A stretch of DNA of 64,000 nt, taken from NCBI GenBank assembly GCA_964558305.1, contig CAZLCE010000006.1:3231-67230 (forward strand). Direction: 5' to 3'. Below are positions 55,247 through 63,599 of this stretch, piece by piece. The notes beneath the pieces are model-generated. The model did no database searches. It saw only the letters and a list, made by a program, of their open reading frames with translations, and was not told the DNA's origin. The position numbers were made by a program, and so were the translations under genes. This stretch comes from an uncultured Candidatus Bathyarchaeia archaeon (GTDB lineage: Archaea > Thermoproteota > Bathyarchaeia > Bathyarchaeales > Bathycorpusculaceae). Position 1 is the stretch's first letter. Every line of letters starts with the position of its first letter.

Positions 55247-56257
55247 CTATCTTTTTGGGAGTGCTGTTGCTGGGATTCCATGGCGTTTATGGATATGTTT
55301 AGCTAGTGTTTCTGCGTAGCCTATGCGGAAGTTGTCTGTGATTACTTGTTTTGGTTTTGAGTGTCTGACGTATTCCATTAGTCCGTTGAAGTCTGAGTGG
55401 TCGCTTAGGGCTATGATGTATTCTTTTTGTGTGATTTCTCGGCAGGGGGAATCGAATTCCCAGCCGCTTACGTAGATGCGAAATAGTCCTTGACCTACCT
55501 TGCTTTTCGAGTTCATGTGGTAGAAGGCTATGCATGGCGAGTTTTTTTCGACGAGTTGTTTTGCTTCTCTTTCTTCGGATAGTAGTATGCGTCCGAGGTG
55601 CATGCCGTGTTGTTGGCAGACTCTGGAAACGTGGAACACTTTTTCAGGTGCGATGAATGGAGCTTTTATGCCTTTTTCGTGGAGGATTTGCATGACTTCT
55701 TGGATTTTGCCGTGATAGCCAAAAATGCATACTGTGCCATGTTTCAGTCCTTTTTCTACTAGAGAAACAAGCAGTTCTTTGACGTCTTTTTCGAAGGTGC
55801 GTTTGCATGTTGGGCTTCCGTAGGTGGCTTCCATGACGAGGATGTCAGCGTCTAAAACTTGGGTTCCGTCCATTCTGAAGTCTCCTGTGTAAACGATTCT
55901 TGTTCCTTCGGCGTCTTCAACGAGTACTTGGGCTGCGCCTAGGATGTGGTCGGTTTTGAAGAATGTTAGTTGTTCTTCTTCGATTTGGAGTGTTTTGCCA
56001 TAATCGAGTGTTTCTACGAAGCCGCCCATTAGGAAGAGTGGGTCTCTCATGACGTCGATTAAGTCTTTTGTGGCTTTGGTTGTTAGGACTTTTTCGCATG
56101 TTCTTAGGCTTTGTTGTAGCCCTATCATGTGGTCAGCGTGTGCATGTGTGACTGTTCTTATTGGTTTGGTTTCGTCGAAGGCGTCGCATGCAATATTTTT
56201 TCCCAGAAGGACAGCGCCTCTGTTGGTTATTGTGGCTTTTGTAGGCAAAAACTGCAC
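55247..56257 (-). CDS. MBL-fold / beta-CASP-like hydrolase (predicted nucleic-acid exonuclease)
   Basis: 336 aa. VTHAHADHMIGL (HxHxDH) and a C-terminal ALSDHSDFNGLMEYV motif, as in beta-CASP / ligase-associated exonuclease-like proteins. Confidence 0.65.
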   Translation of the reverse strand: MQFLPTKATITNRGAVLLGKNIACDAFDETKPIRTVTHAHADHMIGLQQSLRTCEKVLTTKATKDLIDVMRDPLFLMGGFVETLDYGKTLQIEEEQLTFFKTDHILGAAQVLVEDAEGTRIVYTGDFRMDGTQVLDADILVMEATYGSPTCKRTFEKDVKELLVSLVEKGLKHGTVCIFGYHGKIQEVMQILHEKGIKAPFIAPEKVFHVSRVCQQHGMHLGRILLSEEREAKQLVEKNSPCIAFYHMNSKSKVGQGLFRIYVSGWEFDSPCREITQKEYIIALSDHSDFNGLMEYVRHSKPKQVITDNFRIGYAETLAKHIHKRHGIPATALPKR

Positions 56258-56260
56258 CGT

Positions 56261-57616
56261 TTATTTTGAAAAATCCGTGATTAAGGTGGCGATGAATTTT
56301 GTTCCTTTGATGAAGCTTTCAATTTTCAAGTTTTCGTTAGGTGCGTGGGTGTTGGCTTCTGGGTGGCTGCATCCGGCTGAGACAACTGGGTATCCTAAGA
56401 AGTTTCGGAATAAGTGCATGGGTCCTGAACCTGCGCTGAGGGGATAAATTACAGCTTTTTTGTTGTAGACTTTCTTGGCTGTTTTTGCGACTAGTTTTAC
56501 GAAAGGATCGGTTATTGGTGTTCTTGTTGGATCTGTTGACCCATGTTTTATTATTTCTAGGTCTTCAAATCCGTGCTTTTTCAGGTGTTTGACAAGTTTT
56601 CGGAAGATTTCGTCGGAACTTTGGTTTGGAACCAATCGGAAGTCAAGCTTTGCATTGGCTTCGCGGGGCAGGACTGTTTTTGAACCTTTGCCGGTGTATC
56701 CGGATATGAAACCGTTGATGGTGCATGTGGGGTTGTATAGCAGTGCTTTTAGGGCGTCTAATCCAGATCTGTTGTGTAAGAATTTCTTTATGCCTAGTTC
56801 TTTTTTGTTTTCTTCCTCTTCGAGAGGGATATTCTTTAAGAATCTGATTTCTTCAGTGGATGGTTTTAGAACCTTTTCGTAGAAGTCTTCGATTAGAATC
56901 TTTTCTTCTTTGTCTTTTAGGAGGTTTAGTGCCCAGACAATGCGCCAAGCTGGATTTGGGATTATGGGTGCGTTTGCGGAGTGGACGTCTTTGAGAGCAC
57001 CAGTGGCTTTTAGCTCTATGGATAAGATTCCTTTTAATCCTAGGTAAAGAATTGGTCTTCCTCTTCTGTCTGTTCCGCCGAATTCCCAGATTGCTGCGTT
57101 TGCAGATAATAGGTTCTTGTGTTTCTTTATTATTGGCTCAAGATGTGGGCTGCCGATTTCTTCTTCGCCTTCTGCGAAAAATTTTATGTTGATAGGCGTT
57201 TTGCCTGTAATCTCTAGTAGTGTTTGGACAGCTTTTAGTCTTGAAACGAGGTTGCCTTTGTTGTCTGATGCTCCTCTTCCATAGATTTTTCCTTCGACTA
57301 TTTTGCCGCTGAAGGGTTTATGTGTCCATTTTTCGAGGGGTTCTGGTGGTTGCACATCATAGTGGTCGTAGAAGAGGAGAGTTTTTCTTGATTTTTTGGA
57401 TTTGATTTCTCCGTAAACGACTGGGTTTCCTTTTTCTTCGTGGAGAATTTTTGTCGACAATCCTGTTTCTTGCATCATTTTTTCTACGAGTTCTGCACAT
57501 TCTTGCATTCCTTCGCCTTTTGCTGAGACACTAGGTTGTTTGACAAGCTTAGCTAGGTATTTGACAAAGTTGTCGGCGTTTGCATCGATATATTCGTAAA
57601 CTTTTTCTAAACTCAT
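56261..57616 (-). CDS. M20-family metallopeptidase / amidohydrolase (paralog of 25082-26503)
   Basis: 451 aa. VKQPSVSAKGEG..PVVYGEI..LLFYDHYDVQP..GRGASDNKG..EGEEE. Confidence 0.85.
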   Translation of the reverse strand: MSLEKVYEYIDANADNFVKYLAKLVKQPSVSAKGEGMQECAELVEKMMQETGLSTKILHEEKGNPVVYGEIKSKKSRKTLLFYDHYDVQPPEPLEKWTHKPFSGKIVEGKIYGRGASDNKGNLVSRLKAVQTLLEITGKTPINIKFFAEGEEEIGSPHLEPIIKKHKNLLSANAAIWEFGGTDRRGRPILYLGLKGILSIELKATGALKDVHSANAPIIPNPAWRIVWALNLLKDKEEKILIEDFYEKVLKPSTEEIRFLKNIPLEEEENKKELGIKKFLHNRSGLDALKALLYNPTCTINGFISGYTGKGSKTVLPREANAKLDFRLVPNQSSDEIFRKLVKHLKKHGFEDLEIIKHGSTDPTRTPITDPFVKLVAKTAKKVYNKKAVIYPLSAGSGPMHLFRNFLGYPVVSAGCSHPEANTHAPNENLKIESFIKGTKFIATLITDFSK

Positions 57617-58029
57617 TTTGTGTCACCTTTTATTGTTTTTGACACTAGCCAGTCTATGAGTTGTCTTGGGTTTTCGCATTTTATTTTGATTTTTATTGGT
57701 CCTAGGGGTGATTCTGCTGTTTCTTTTGAGAAGGATATGTGTCCTGCATATGCGACTTGCTTGTTTAGGCAGAAGTTTATGGTTTTTCCGTCGAGTTCTT
57801 CGAGTAGGGCTTTTCTTGCTGCGTCGCGGATGCGTTCTCTGCGGAGTAGGTTTTGTAGTTTTGTGAGGGTTTCGATTCCTTTTGCTTGTGCGGTTAGTAT
57901 AGCCCCCTTATATATAGGTTGAATTTTGGGTTGAATGTTGCTGAAGATGTTTTCTACGGCTTGTTTTACTTTACTTTCGGATTCTGTTGGGTTGATTCCT
58001 GCTTCTATGTAAATGTTTACTTCATCCAT
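57613..58029 (-). CDS. UPF0201-family RNA-binding-domain protein (COG1931-like)
   Basis: 138 aa. The size and the VNIYIEAGINPTESESKV N-terminus resemble archaeal UPF0201 proteins. It overlaps both neighbours (13 nt and 4 nt). Confidence 0.6.
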   Translation of the reverse strand: MDEVNIYIEAGINPTESESKVKQAVENIFSNIQPKIQPIYKGAILTAQAKGIETLTKLQNLLRRERIRDAARKALLEELDGKTINFCLNKQVAYAGHISFSKETAESPLGPIKIKIKCENPRQLIDWLVSKTIKGDTK

Positions 58030-58586
58030 TTTTCTTCAACTTTCCTTAAAACTTCCTTAATTTTCTTTTTTACTGCGCTTATTTCTTCTTCATTTATTAT
58101 TGTATGTTCAGCCGCGGCTATGGCTTGCTCTAATCCTACGTTTGATTCTCTTCTGTCTCTTTCTTGAAAGATTTCCCAGCTTGCTGGGTCGTCGCTTCTT
58201 TGACGGCGGTAAAGACGTTTGAACCTTGTTTCTGGAGAGGCTTGGATGGCTATGAGGGTGAATTTTGGGAAATGTTTCTTAAATTCTTCAACTTCGCTTA
58301 GGCTTCTTATGCCGTCCACAATAACCTTTTGTTCTTTTGCTTTCTCTATTTTTGGGATGCAACTTTTGGCTATGACGCTGTTTCCCTCTTTTTGCCTTAA
58401 TTCAAGCATTATTTTTCCAAGGTTTTTTGGGCTCGGCTCAAGATGTCTTTTTTCTGCTTCTTCTCTAACAGCGTCGCCCATTACTATGATGCCGTAGCCG
58501 CTTGCTTTTGCAACATTAACAACTACAGATTTGCCTGCTCCAGGCATACCAGCCAAGCCTATAACGAGCGTATCCTTCATTTGCAA
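58017..58586 (-). CDS. P-loop nucleotide kinase-like protein (UPF0200 / dephospho-CoA-kinase-like)
   Basis: 189 aa with the P-loop GLAGMPGAGKS. It has the classical archaeal pairing with UPF0201. Confidence 0.65.
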   Translation of the reverse strand: MQMKDTLVIGLAGMPGAGKSVVVNVAKASGYGIIVMGDAVREEAEKRHLEPSPKNLGKIMLELRQKEGNSVIAKSCIPKIEKAKEQKVIVDGIRSLSEVEEFKKHFPKFTLIAIQASPETRFKRLYRRQRSDDPASWEIFQERDRRESNVGLEQAIAAAEHTIINEEEISAVKKKIKEVLRKVEEKWMK

Positions 58587-58762
58587 TCGTCCTTTTATGT
58601 TATGTCTAAATGTATTCTTTTGTATTTTGGGTTTTAACGGTTTGCCTTTGAAAAAGGGTTGAATGTTTTGGTGTTGCTATGATTAACTTATATGGTCGTA
58701 TAGAAGATTTATCCGTAAGATTTATGTTTTGATTGAACTATTTTAGATCAGGAGAAAGAAAA

Positions 58763-61474
58763 ATGTTAAAGAGAACTGTTTCTTGGATAATGTTAATACT
58801 GCTGTTAATAGGTGTATCTTATACAGCACTAAATGTAAGACCAGCGACAAGTTGGAGCAATGGTGGTTTCAGTGATGATTCTTCTAACCCGGTTTATGGT
58901 ACACACGATTGGATTGCTCAGCATGCTTTAGACTGGTTGCCAAACGAGGAAAAGGCATACATCGTAAACAACTTAGCTATTTACTTGTACGGAACTGAGT
59001 TGCCTGACAATGGTGGAGCCCCTGATGGGATTGGCGACACAGCCTTGCATCATATTTACTATTGGTCTAATGAAAGCTTGCAAGATGATGCCTCGGCAGT
59101 TCGAGCGCAAACAGAATTCGGCAATGCTCTAAACTACATGAAATCTGGCAACGTTACAATGGCTGTTAAGACGCTTGGAATAATGAGCCACTACATTGTT
59201 GATGTGGGCGTGTTTGGACATGTGATGGGTAGCGGGACGGATTGGGGTGCGGAAGTCCACCACAGTGATTACGAAACCTACGTGAATGAGCGGACTAATA
59301 GTTATGATGATGAATTCAATGTTTATCTTGCTTTTGACGGCAGCCTCGATCTTATCTCTGCTTACGATGCCGCAAGCATGCTTGCTTATGACACAACATT
59401 TGACTTGGACGGAGATTTGACCTGTGTGTGGATGGATCAAAACTACGACTGGAGCAATCAAACTTTCAAAGATCGATGTGGGGAATCACTAAACTTTTCC
59501 GTTAATGTTCTCACAGATGTCTTGCATACTGCGTTCGCGCAAAGCGAAGAGGATGTTGTAGTGGACGGTGGAAGTCTTCTTGGTCATCGTCCTGTATTAT
59601 GGGCGTATGAAACTGCTCAATCATTCAAACCAACTAAACCCATTTTGTCGAAAGTAGCTGTTTTTCTCAGGGCAATGGCACCTAGTTACTCCACTGAGAT
59701 ATCTGTTCACGTAAGGTCTTCCCTAACTGGTCCTGATCTCACGTCGATAAACCGAACACTCACTTCTCCTGAAGAAGCCGTCTCGCGCTGGCGCGAAGAT
59801 AGCTGGGTAGAATTCGACTTCCCCGACGTAGAAGTGATAGCCGGCCAAACTTATTTCATGGTAGTAACGACTCCTGGCGAACATGTTTTCAGTTTACTGG
59901 TATACACGGATTCTTATGGTGACGGGAATTATTTCTGGAGAGATGTGCCCTACGACCCCAATTGGAAATCAGAACCTGGAGAAGAGTTAAGATTTACAAC
60001 ATTTACGAAAATTCAAGACATAGCTGTCACCGATGCTGTGTGCTCCAAAACCGTTGTGGGACAAGGCTACCCTCTACAAATAAACGTAGCCCTAATAAAT
60101 CAAGCCTTTAGTACTCAAACCTTCAACGTCACGGTCTACGCTAATTCAACCAATTGGGTTTGGGCTAGAGATACGGTTACTGGCACTTATGGCGAAGCTG
60201 TAGTTGGCACGGGCACGGACATTTACATCGCAAGAGGAACCAGCTTTTATCGATATCGCCCTTCAGACAACAGCTTTGTAGAGTTGGCAGCACCGCCGCA
60301 GCCCGATGGTGCAGCTTTCAAAACTGGCACAGCCTTGGATTGGTCCCCCGCCATGGACGACTACATTTTTGCTCTATATGGAGCAGCAACAGGAGAGAGT
60401 CGCAGATTCTTTTATCGCTACAGCATTTCGAGCAACTCTTGGGAGCGTTTACCAGATACCCCAGTTGACCAAGGTGAGGGTAACGCAATAAGATGGCACT
60501 CAGCTTTAATACACCTTGGGCTATTTGCCACACTGGGTGGTGAGCAACGCCCCACATATCTTTATCGTTTTGACCAGCACGTGATGCAATGGACGCACAA
60601 AGATGACCTCATGAGAGAGCTTGCTGACCCGCCGGCAGGCATGGGAGACGGTGCCTCACTCGTTGGCACATGGGCCCCCTACTTCTATGCGTTGCGCGGC
60701 GAGTTTTACGAAACCTCACCCATTTACGATTTCTGGCGCTACAGCATTATGGATAATGCATGGACTGTTATGGCAGATATTCCCGCTGAGCCCCACAGCG
60801 GTGGGTCCGGTGGTGTAGGCGATGGAGGCTCGCTTCTGTATATTGCGACGTGGCTTCCAGACCAAGCAGATTATATCTACGCTTTGAGCGGCAACCAAGC
60901 TGAGCCTGATGGCATACCAGACAACCGCACCTACAGATACACCATCTCAACCAACAGCTGGGAACGCTTGACAGACCTACCATTTGGAGTCGGATACTAT
61001 GTAGGCAATCGGTTAGCTTATGCAGATGGACACATTTACGCGTGGCAGGGAGCACCAAGCACATGGACAGGCGGAGGCGACGACCTTGCCAGATACCAGC
61101 AGACACCAATAATAATAGAAACAAAAGAAGTCACTCTCACAAGCGGAAACTCCACGACCCTCACCTTCGCTTGGAACACTTCTGGCTTTGCCAAAGGCAA
61201 CTACACCATAAGCGCCTACGCCTGGCCAGTTCTAGGTGAAATAGACACTGGTGACAACAATTTCATTATTGGTTGGATTTCTGTCGCTATAGTTGGTGAT
61301 GTTAACGCTGATAAGAAGGTTGATATGGTAGACCTTTGGGAAGTTGCTAGGCATTTTGGCATTGACTATCCGGACCCAAGATACGTGCCCAACTTTGACA
61401 TAGACAACAACGGCAAAACAGACATGATAGACCTCTGGACAACAGCCAAAGAATACGGCAAAATAGACCCATAA
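58763..61474 (+). CDS. Secreted multidomain protein: zinc phospholipase C / S1-P1 nuclease-like domain + Kelch-like repeats + CARDB-like + dockerin-like module
   Basis: ATG at 58763 (MLKRTVSWIMLILLLIGV, with a GGAG upstream) is preferred over TTG 58733. WSNGG..GTHDWIAQHAL..DTALHHIYY..LGIMSHYIVDVGVFGHV..EVHHSDYETYV is collinear with the Zn-ligand positions of bacterial zinc PLC. There are at least 5 repeats of the form (F/Y)YRYxxxxNxWxxLxDxP. The C-terminus is identical to that of 41789-44074. Confidence 0.8.
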   Translation: MLKRTVSWIMLILLLIGVSYTALNVRPATSWSNGGFSDDSSNPVYGTHDWIAQHALDWLPNEEKAYIVNNLAIYLYGTELPDNGGAPDGIGDTALHHIYYWSNESLQDDASAVRAQTEFGNALNYMKSGNVTMAVKTLGIMSHYIVDVGVFGHVMGSGTDWGAEVHHSDYETYVNERTNSYDDEFNVYLAFDGSLDLISAYDAASMLAYDTTFDLDGDLTCVWMDQNYDWSNQTFKDRCGESLNFSVNVLTDVLHTAFAQSEEDVVVDGGSLLGHRPVLWAYETAQSFKPTKPILSKVAVFLRAMAPSYSTEISVHVRSSLTGPDLTSINRTLTSPEEAVSRWREDSWVEFDFPDVEVIAGQTYFMVVTTPGEHVFSLLVYTDSYGDGNYFWRDVPYDPNWKSEPGEELRFTTFTKIQDIAVTDAVCSKTVVGQGYPLQINVALINQAFSTQTFNVTVYANSTNWVWARDTVTGTYGEAVVGTGTDIYIARGTSFYRYRPSDNSFVELAAPPQPDGAAFKTGTALDWSPAMDDYIFALYGAATGESRRFFYRYSISSNSWERLPDTPVDQGEGNAIRWHSALIHLGLFATLGGEQRPTYLYRFDQHVMQWTHKDDLMRELADPPAGMGDGASLVGTWAPYFYALRGEFYETSPIYDFWRYSIMDNAWTVMADIPAEPHSGGSGGVGDGGSLLYIATWLPDQADYIYALSGNQAEPDGIPDNRTYRYTISTNSWERLTDLPFGVGYYVGNRLAYADGHIYAWQGAPSTWTGGGDDLARYQQTPIIIETKEVTLTSGNSTTLTFAWNTSGFAKGNYTISAYAWPVLGEIDTGDNNFIIGWISVAIVGDVNADKKVDMVDLWEVARHFGIDYPDPRYVPNFDIDNNGKTDMIDLWTTAKEYGKIDP
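61295..61471 (+). other. Dockerin-like module (identical copy)
   Basis: Same 59 residues as 43895-44071, encoded by identical nucleotides. Confidence 0.75.
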
Positions 61475-61481
61475 ACCCACC

Positions 61482-61486
61482 TTTTT
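61482..61486 (+). terminator. Oligo-T tract (T5) after the stop codon; putative archaeal terminator
   Basis: TAAACCCACCTTTTTC, which is part of the perfect repeat. Confidence 0.3.
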
Positions 61487-61589
61487 CCATCATTATTAAG
61501 CAAATTGTAAATACTCAAAAACGAAATGCCATAAACCGATTAAAAGCATTTATGAGGAAGGTTCACAGAAAATAAACAAAGGAATAACG

Positions 61590-62159
61590 ATGCCAGAAGC
61601 AATAAGAAGTTTCATAGCCTTCGACATGAATAGCGAAACAGTTCTAAAGAAAATCACAGACATGCAAAACCTCTTAGCCAAAACAGGAGCAGACTTAAAA
61701 CTTGTTGAACCCAAAAACATCCACATAACCCTTCGATTTCTGGGAAATATCACACTAAGCACCGTGGAAAAAATCTTCGAAGAAATGAAAAAAATCCAAT
61801 TCACTCCCTTTGACGTCAAGATTAACGGAATTGGCGCCTTTCCAAACGTAAGCTATCCACGAGTGACGTGGGCTGGAATAACCGAAGGCGCCGACCAATT
61901 GCAAAGCATCTTCAACCAGTTGGAGCCTCGATTACACAGTTTAGGCTTTACGCCAGACCCGAAAGGCTTCAGTCCACACTTGACAATTGCGCGCGTAAAA
62001 TCTGGAAGAAACAAAGCTGAACTCGCCAAACTCATCACAGAAAATACAAATTACGAGTTTGGAATCGTTAAAGCTGACTGCTTGAGACTCAAAAGAAGCG
62101 ATTTAACACCGAAAGGACCCATATACTCAACCCTCAAAGAGTTTTGTCCACAAAAATGA
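61590..62159 (+). CDS. thpR: RNA 2',3'-cyclic phosphodiesterase (2H family, LigT/ThpR)
   Basis: 189 aa with two H-x-T/S-x motifs: HITLRFLG and HLTIARV. Confidence 0.85.
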   Translation: MPEAIRSFIAFDMNSETVLKKITDMQNLLAKTGADLKLVEPKNIHITLRFLGNITLSTVEKIFEEMKKIQFTPFDVKINGIGAFPNVSYPRVTWAGITEGADQLQSIFNQLEPRLHSLGFTPDPKGFSPHLTIARVKSGRNKAELAKLITENTNYEFGIVKADCLRLKRSDLTPKGPIYSTLKEFCPQK

Positions 62160-62168
62160 AGAAAGGAC

Positions 62169-63599
62169 ATGCTTATGCACAAGAAAATAGAGAAAGTTTG
62201 CGGAACAATTTTGAAACGCGTCACACCCAAAAAGATTGAAAGAGCCAAAATTGAGGCTTTAGCTAAAAAACTGGAAAAAAAAGTTGTTTCTGCTTCTAAA
62301 ACACTAGGCATCAAAGCCGCTGTGCGTGTCGAAGGTTCAGTTGCGAAAGACACTTGGCTCAGCGAGGAACCAGACATAGACATTTTCATGCGTGTGCCAG
62401 CAACTATACCACGCAAATCCCTCGGAGAAGTATGCCTAAAAACAGCCAGAAAAGCCACGAGAGGCTCAGAGCAGATTGAAAGGTTTGCTGAGCATCCATA
62501 CCTTGAGGCATTTGTTGACAATGTCAGAGTGAATATTGTTCCATGTTATGATGTGAAACGGGGAGAATGGCTAAGCGCCACAGACAGAACACCATTTCAC
62601 ACGGACTACGTGAAAAAACGCTTAAATAGGCAGATGCGGGGTGAAGTGCGCCTCTTAAAGAAATTTATGAAGGGCATAGGTGTTTATGGAGCTGAAATAA
62701 AAATTGGCGGCTTCAGCGGTTACCTCTGCGAACTCCTCATATTGCACTATAAATCCTTCATAAACACGCTCAAATCATTTGCACAAAACAAACAGCGATT
62801 AGTCATAGACATCGAAAATTATTACACAAGAAGAGAGAATGAACTGCAACTTCTATTCAAGGAACCTTTGACAATCGTTGATCCTGTTGACAAAGGAAGA
62901 AACGTGGCCTCAGCAGTACAGCCGCAAAAACTTTACGTTTTCATGGCTGCTGCACGAGCTTTCCTAAAAAATCCAAGCTCAAAATTCTTCTATCCACCAG
63001 AAACGACCGCCATGACCATGAAAAAATTGAAACAAAAATTGGCGAACCGCGGCTCTGCAGTCATCTTCCTAACTTTTGGAAAAGTTGACGCAGTTCCAGA
63101 CGTTTTGTGGGGACAACTTTACAAGTCTCAACGGTCTTTACGCAAGCTTATTCAGCTTAATGATTTTAACGTTTTAAGAAATCTTGCATGGAGCGACGAA
63201 AAAAGCCTCAACATGTTCATCTTTGAGCTTGAACAACGCATTCTTTCGCCTATCAAGAAGCATTTTGGACCGCCTCTTGAAAGGGAACATGAATGTGAAA
63301 AATTTTTGTTAAAGCATCTGAATAATTTGGGCACTGTTTCTGGACCATACATTGAAGATGGAAGATGGGTTGTCGAGCTTCACAGAAGATACACTGATGC
63401 AGTAACGTTGCTTAAGGAAAAGTTGAAGGATGGCGGAAGAAATGCAGGTGTCGCAAAAGAAATTTCGCAGAAGCTTCGTAAAGGTTTTAAAATGTTCGTT
63501 AACGACGAAATAGTTGAAATTTATGAGAGAAATGGCGAGTTTGCAAAGTTTCTAACAGAATTTCTTTCTGGTAAGCCTAAGTGGTTAGAAAACGCCTAA
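62169..63599 (+). CDS. cca: CCA-adding enzyme, archaeal class I nucleotidyltransferase
   Basis: 476 aa. EGSVAKDTWLSEEPDIDIFM (GS..DxD catalytic motif), RTPFHTDYV, GAEIKIGGFSGYLCELL. Confidence 0.9.
   Translation: MLMHKKIEKVCGTILKRVTPKKIERAKIEALAKKLEKKVVSASKTLGIKAAVRVEGSVAKDTWLSEEPDIDIFMRVPATIPRKSLGEVCLKTARKATRGSEQIERFAEHPYLEAFVDNVRVNIVPCYDVKRGEWLSATDRTPFHTDYVKKRLNRQMRGEVRLLKKFMKGIGVYGAEIKIGGFSGYLCELLILHYKSFINTLKSFAQNKQRLVIDIENYYTRRENELQLLFKEPLTIVDPVDKGRNVASAVQPQKLYVFMAAARAFLKNPSSKFFYPPETTAMTMKKLKQKLANRGSAVIFLTFGKVDAVPDVLWGQLYKSQRSLRKLIQLNDFNVLRNLAWSDEKSLNMFIFELEQRILSPIKKHFGPPLEREHECEKFLLKHLNNLGTVSGPYIEDGRWVVELHRRYTDAVTLLKEKLKDGGRNAGVAKEISQKLRKGFKMFVNDEIVEIYERNGEFAKFLTEFLSGKPKWLENA

Larger units (their letters stand above)
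61273..61486 (+). repeat. 214-bp perfect direct repeat, copy 2
   Basis: Identical to 43873-44086. Identity ends at T/C (44087/61487) downstream and at T/G (43872/61272) upstream. Confidence 0.95.
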
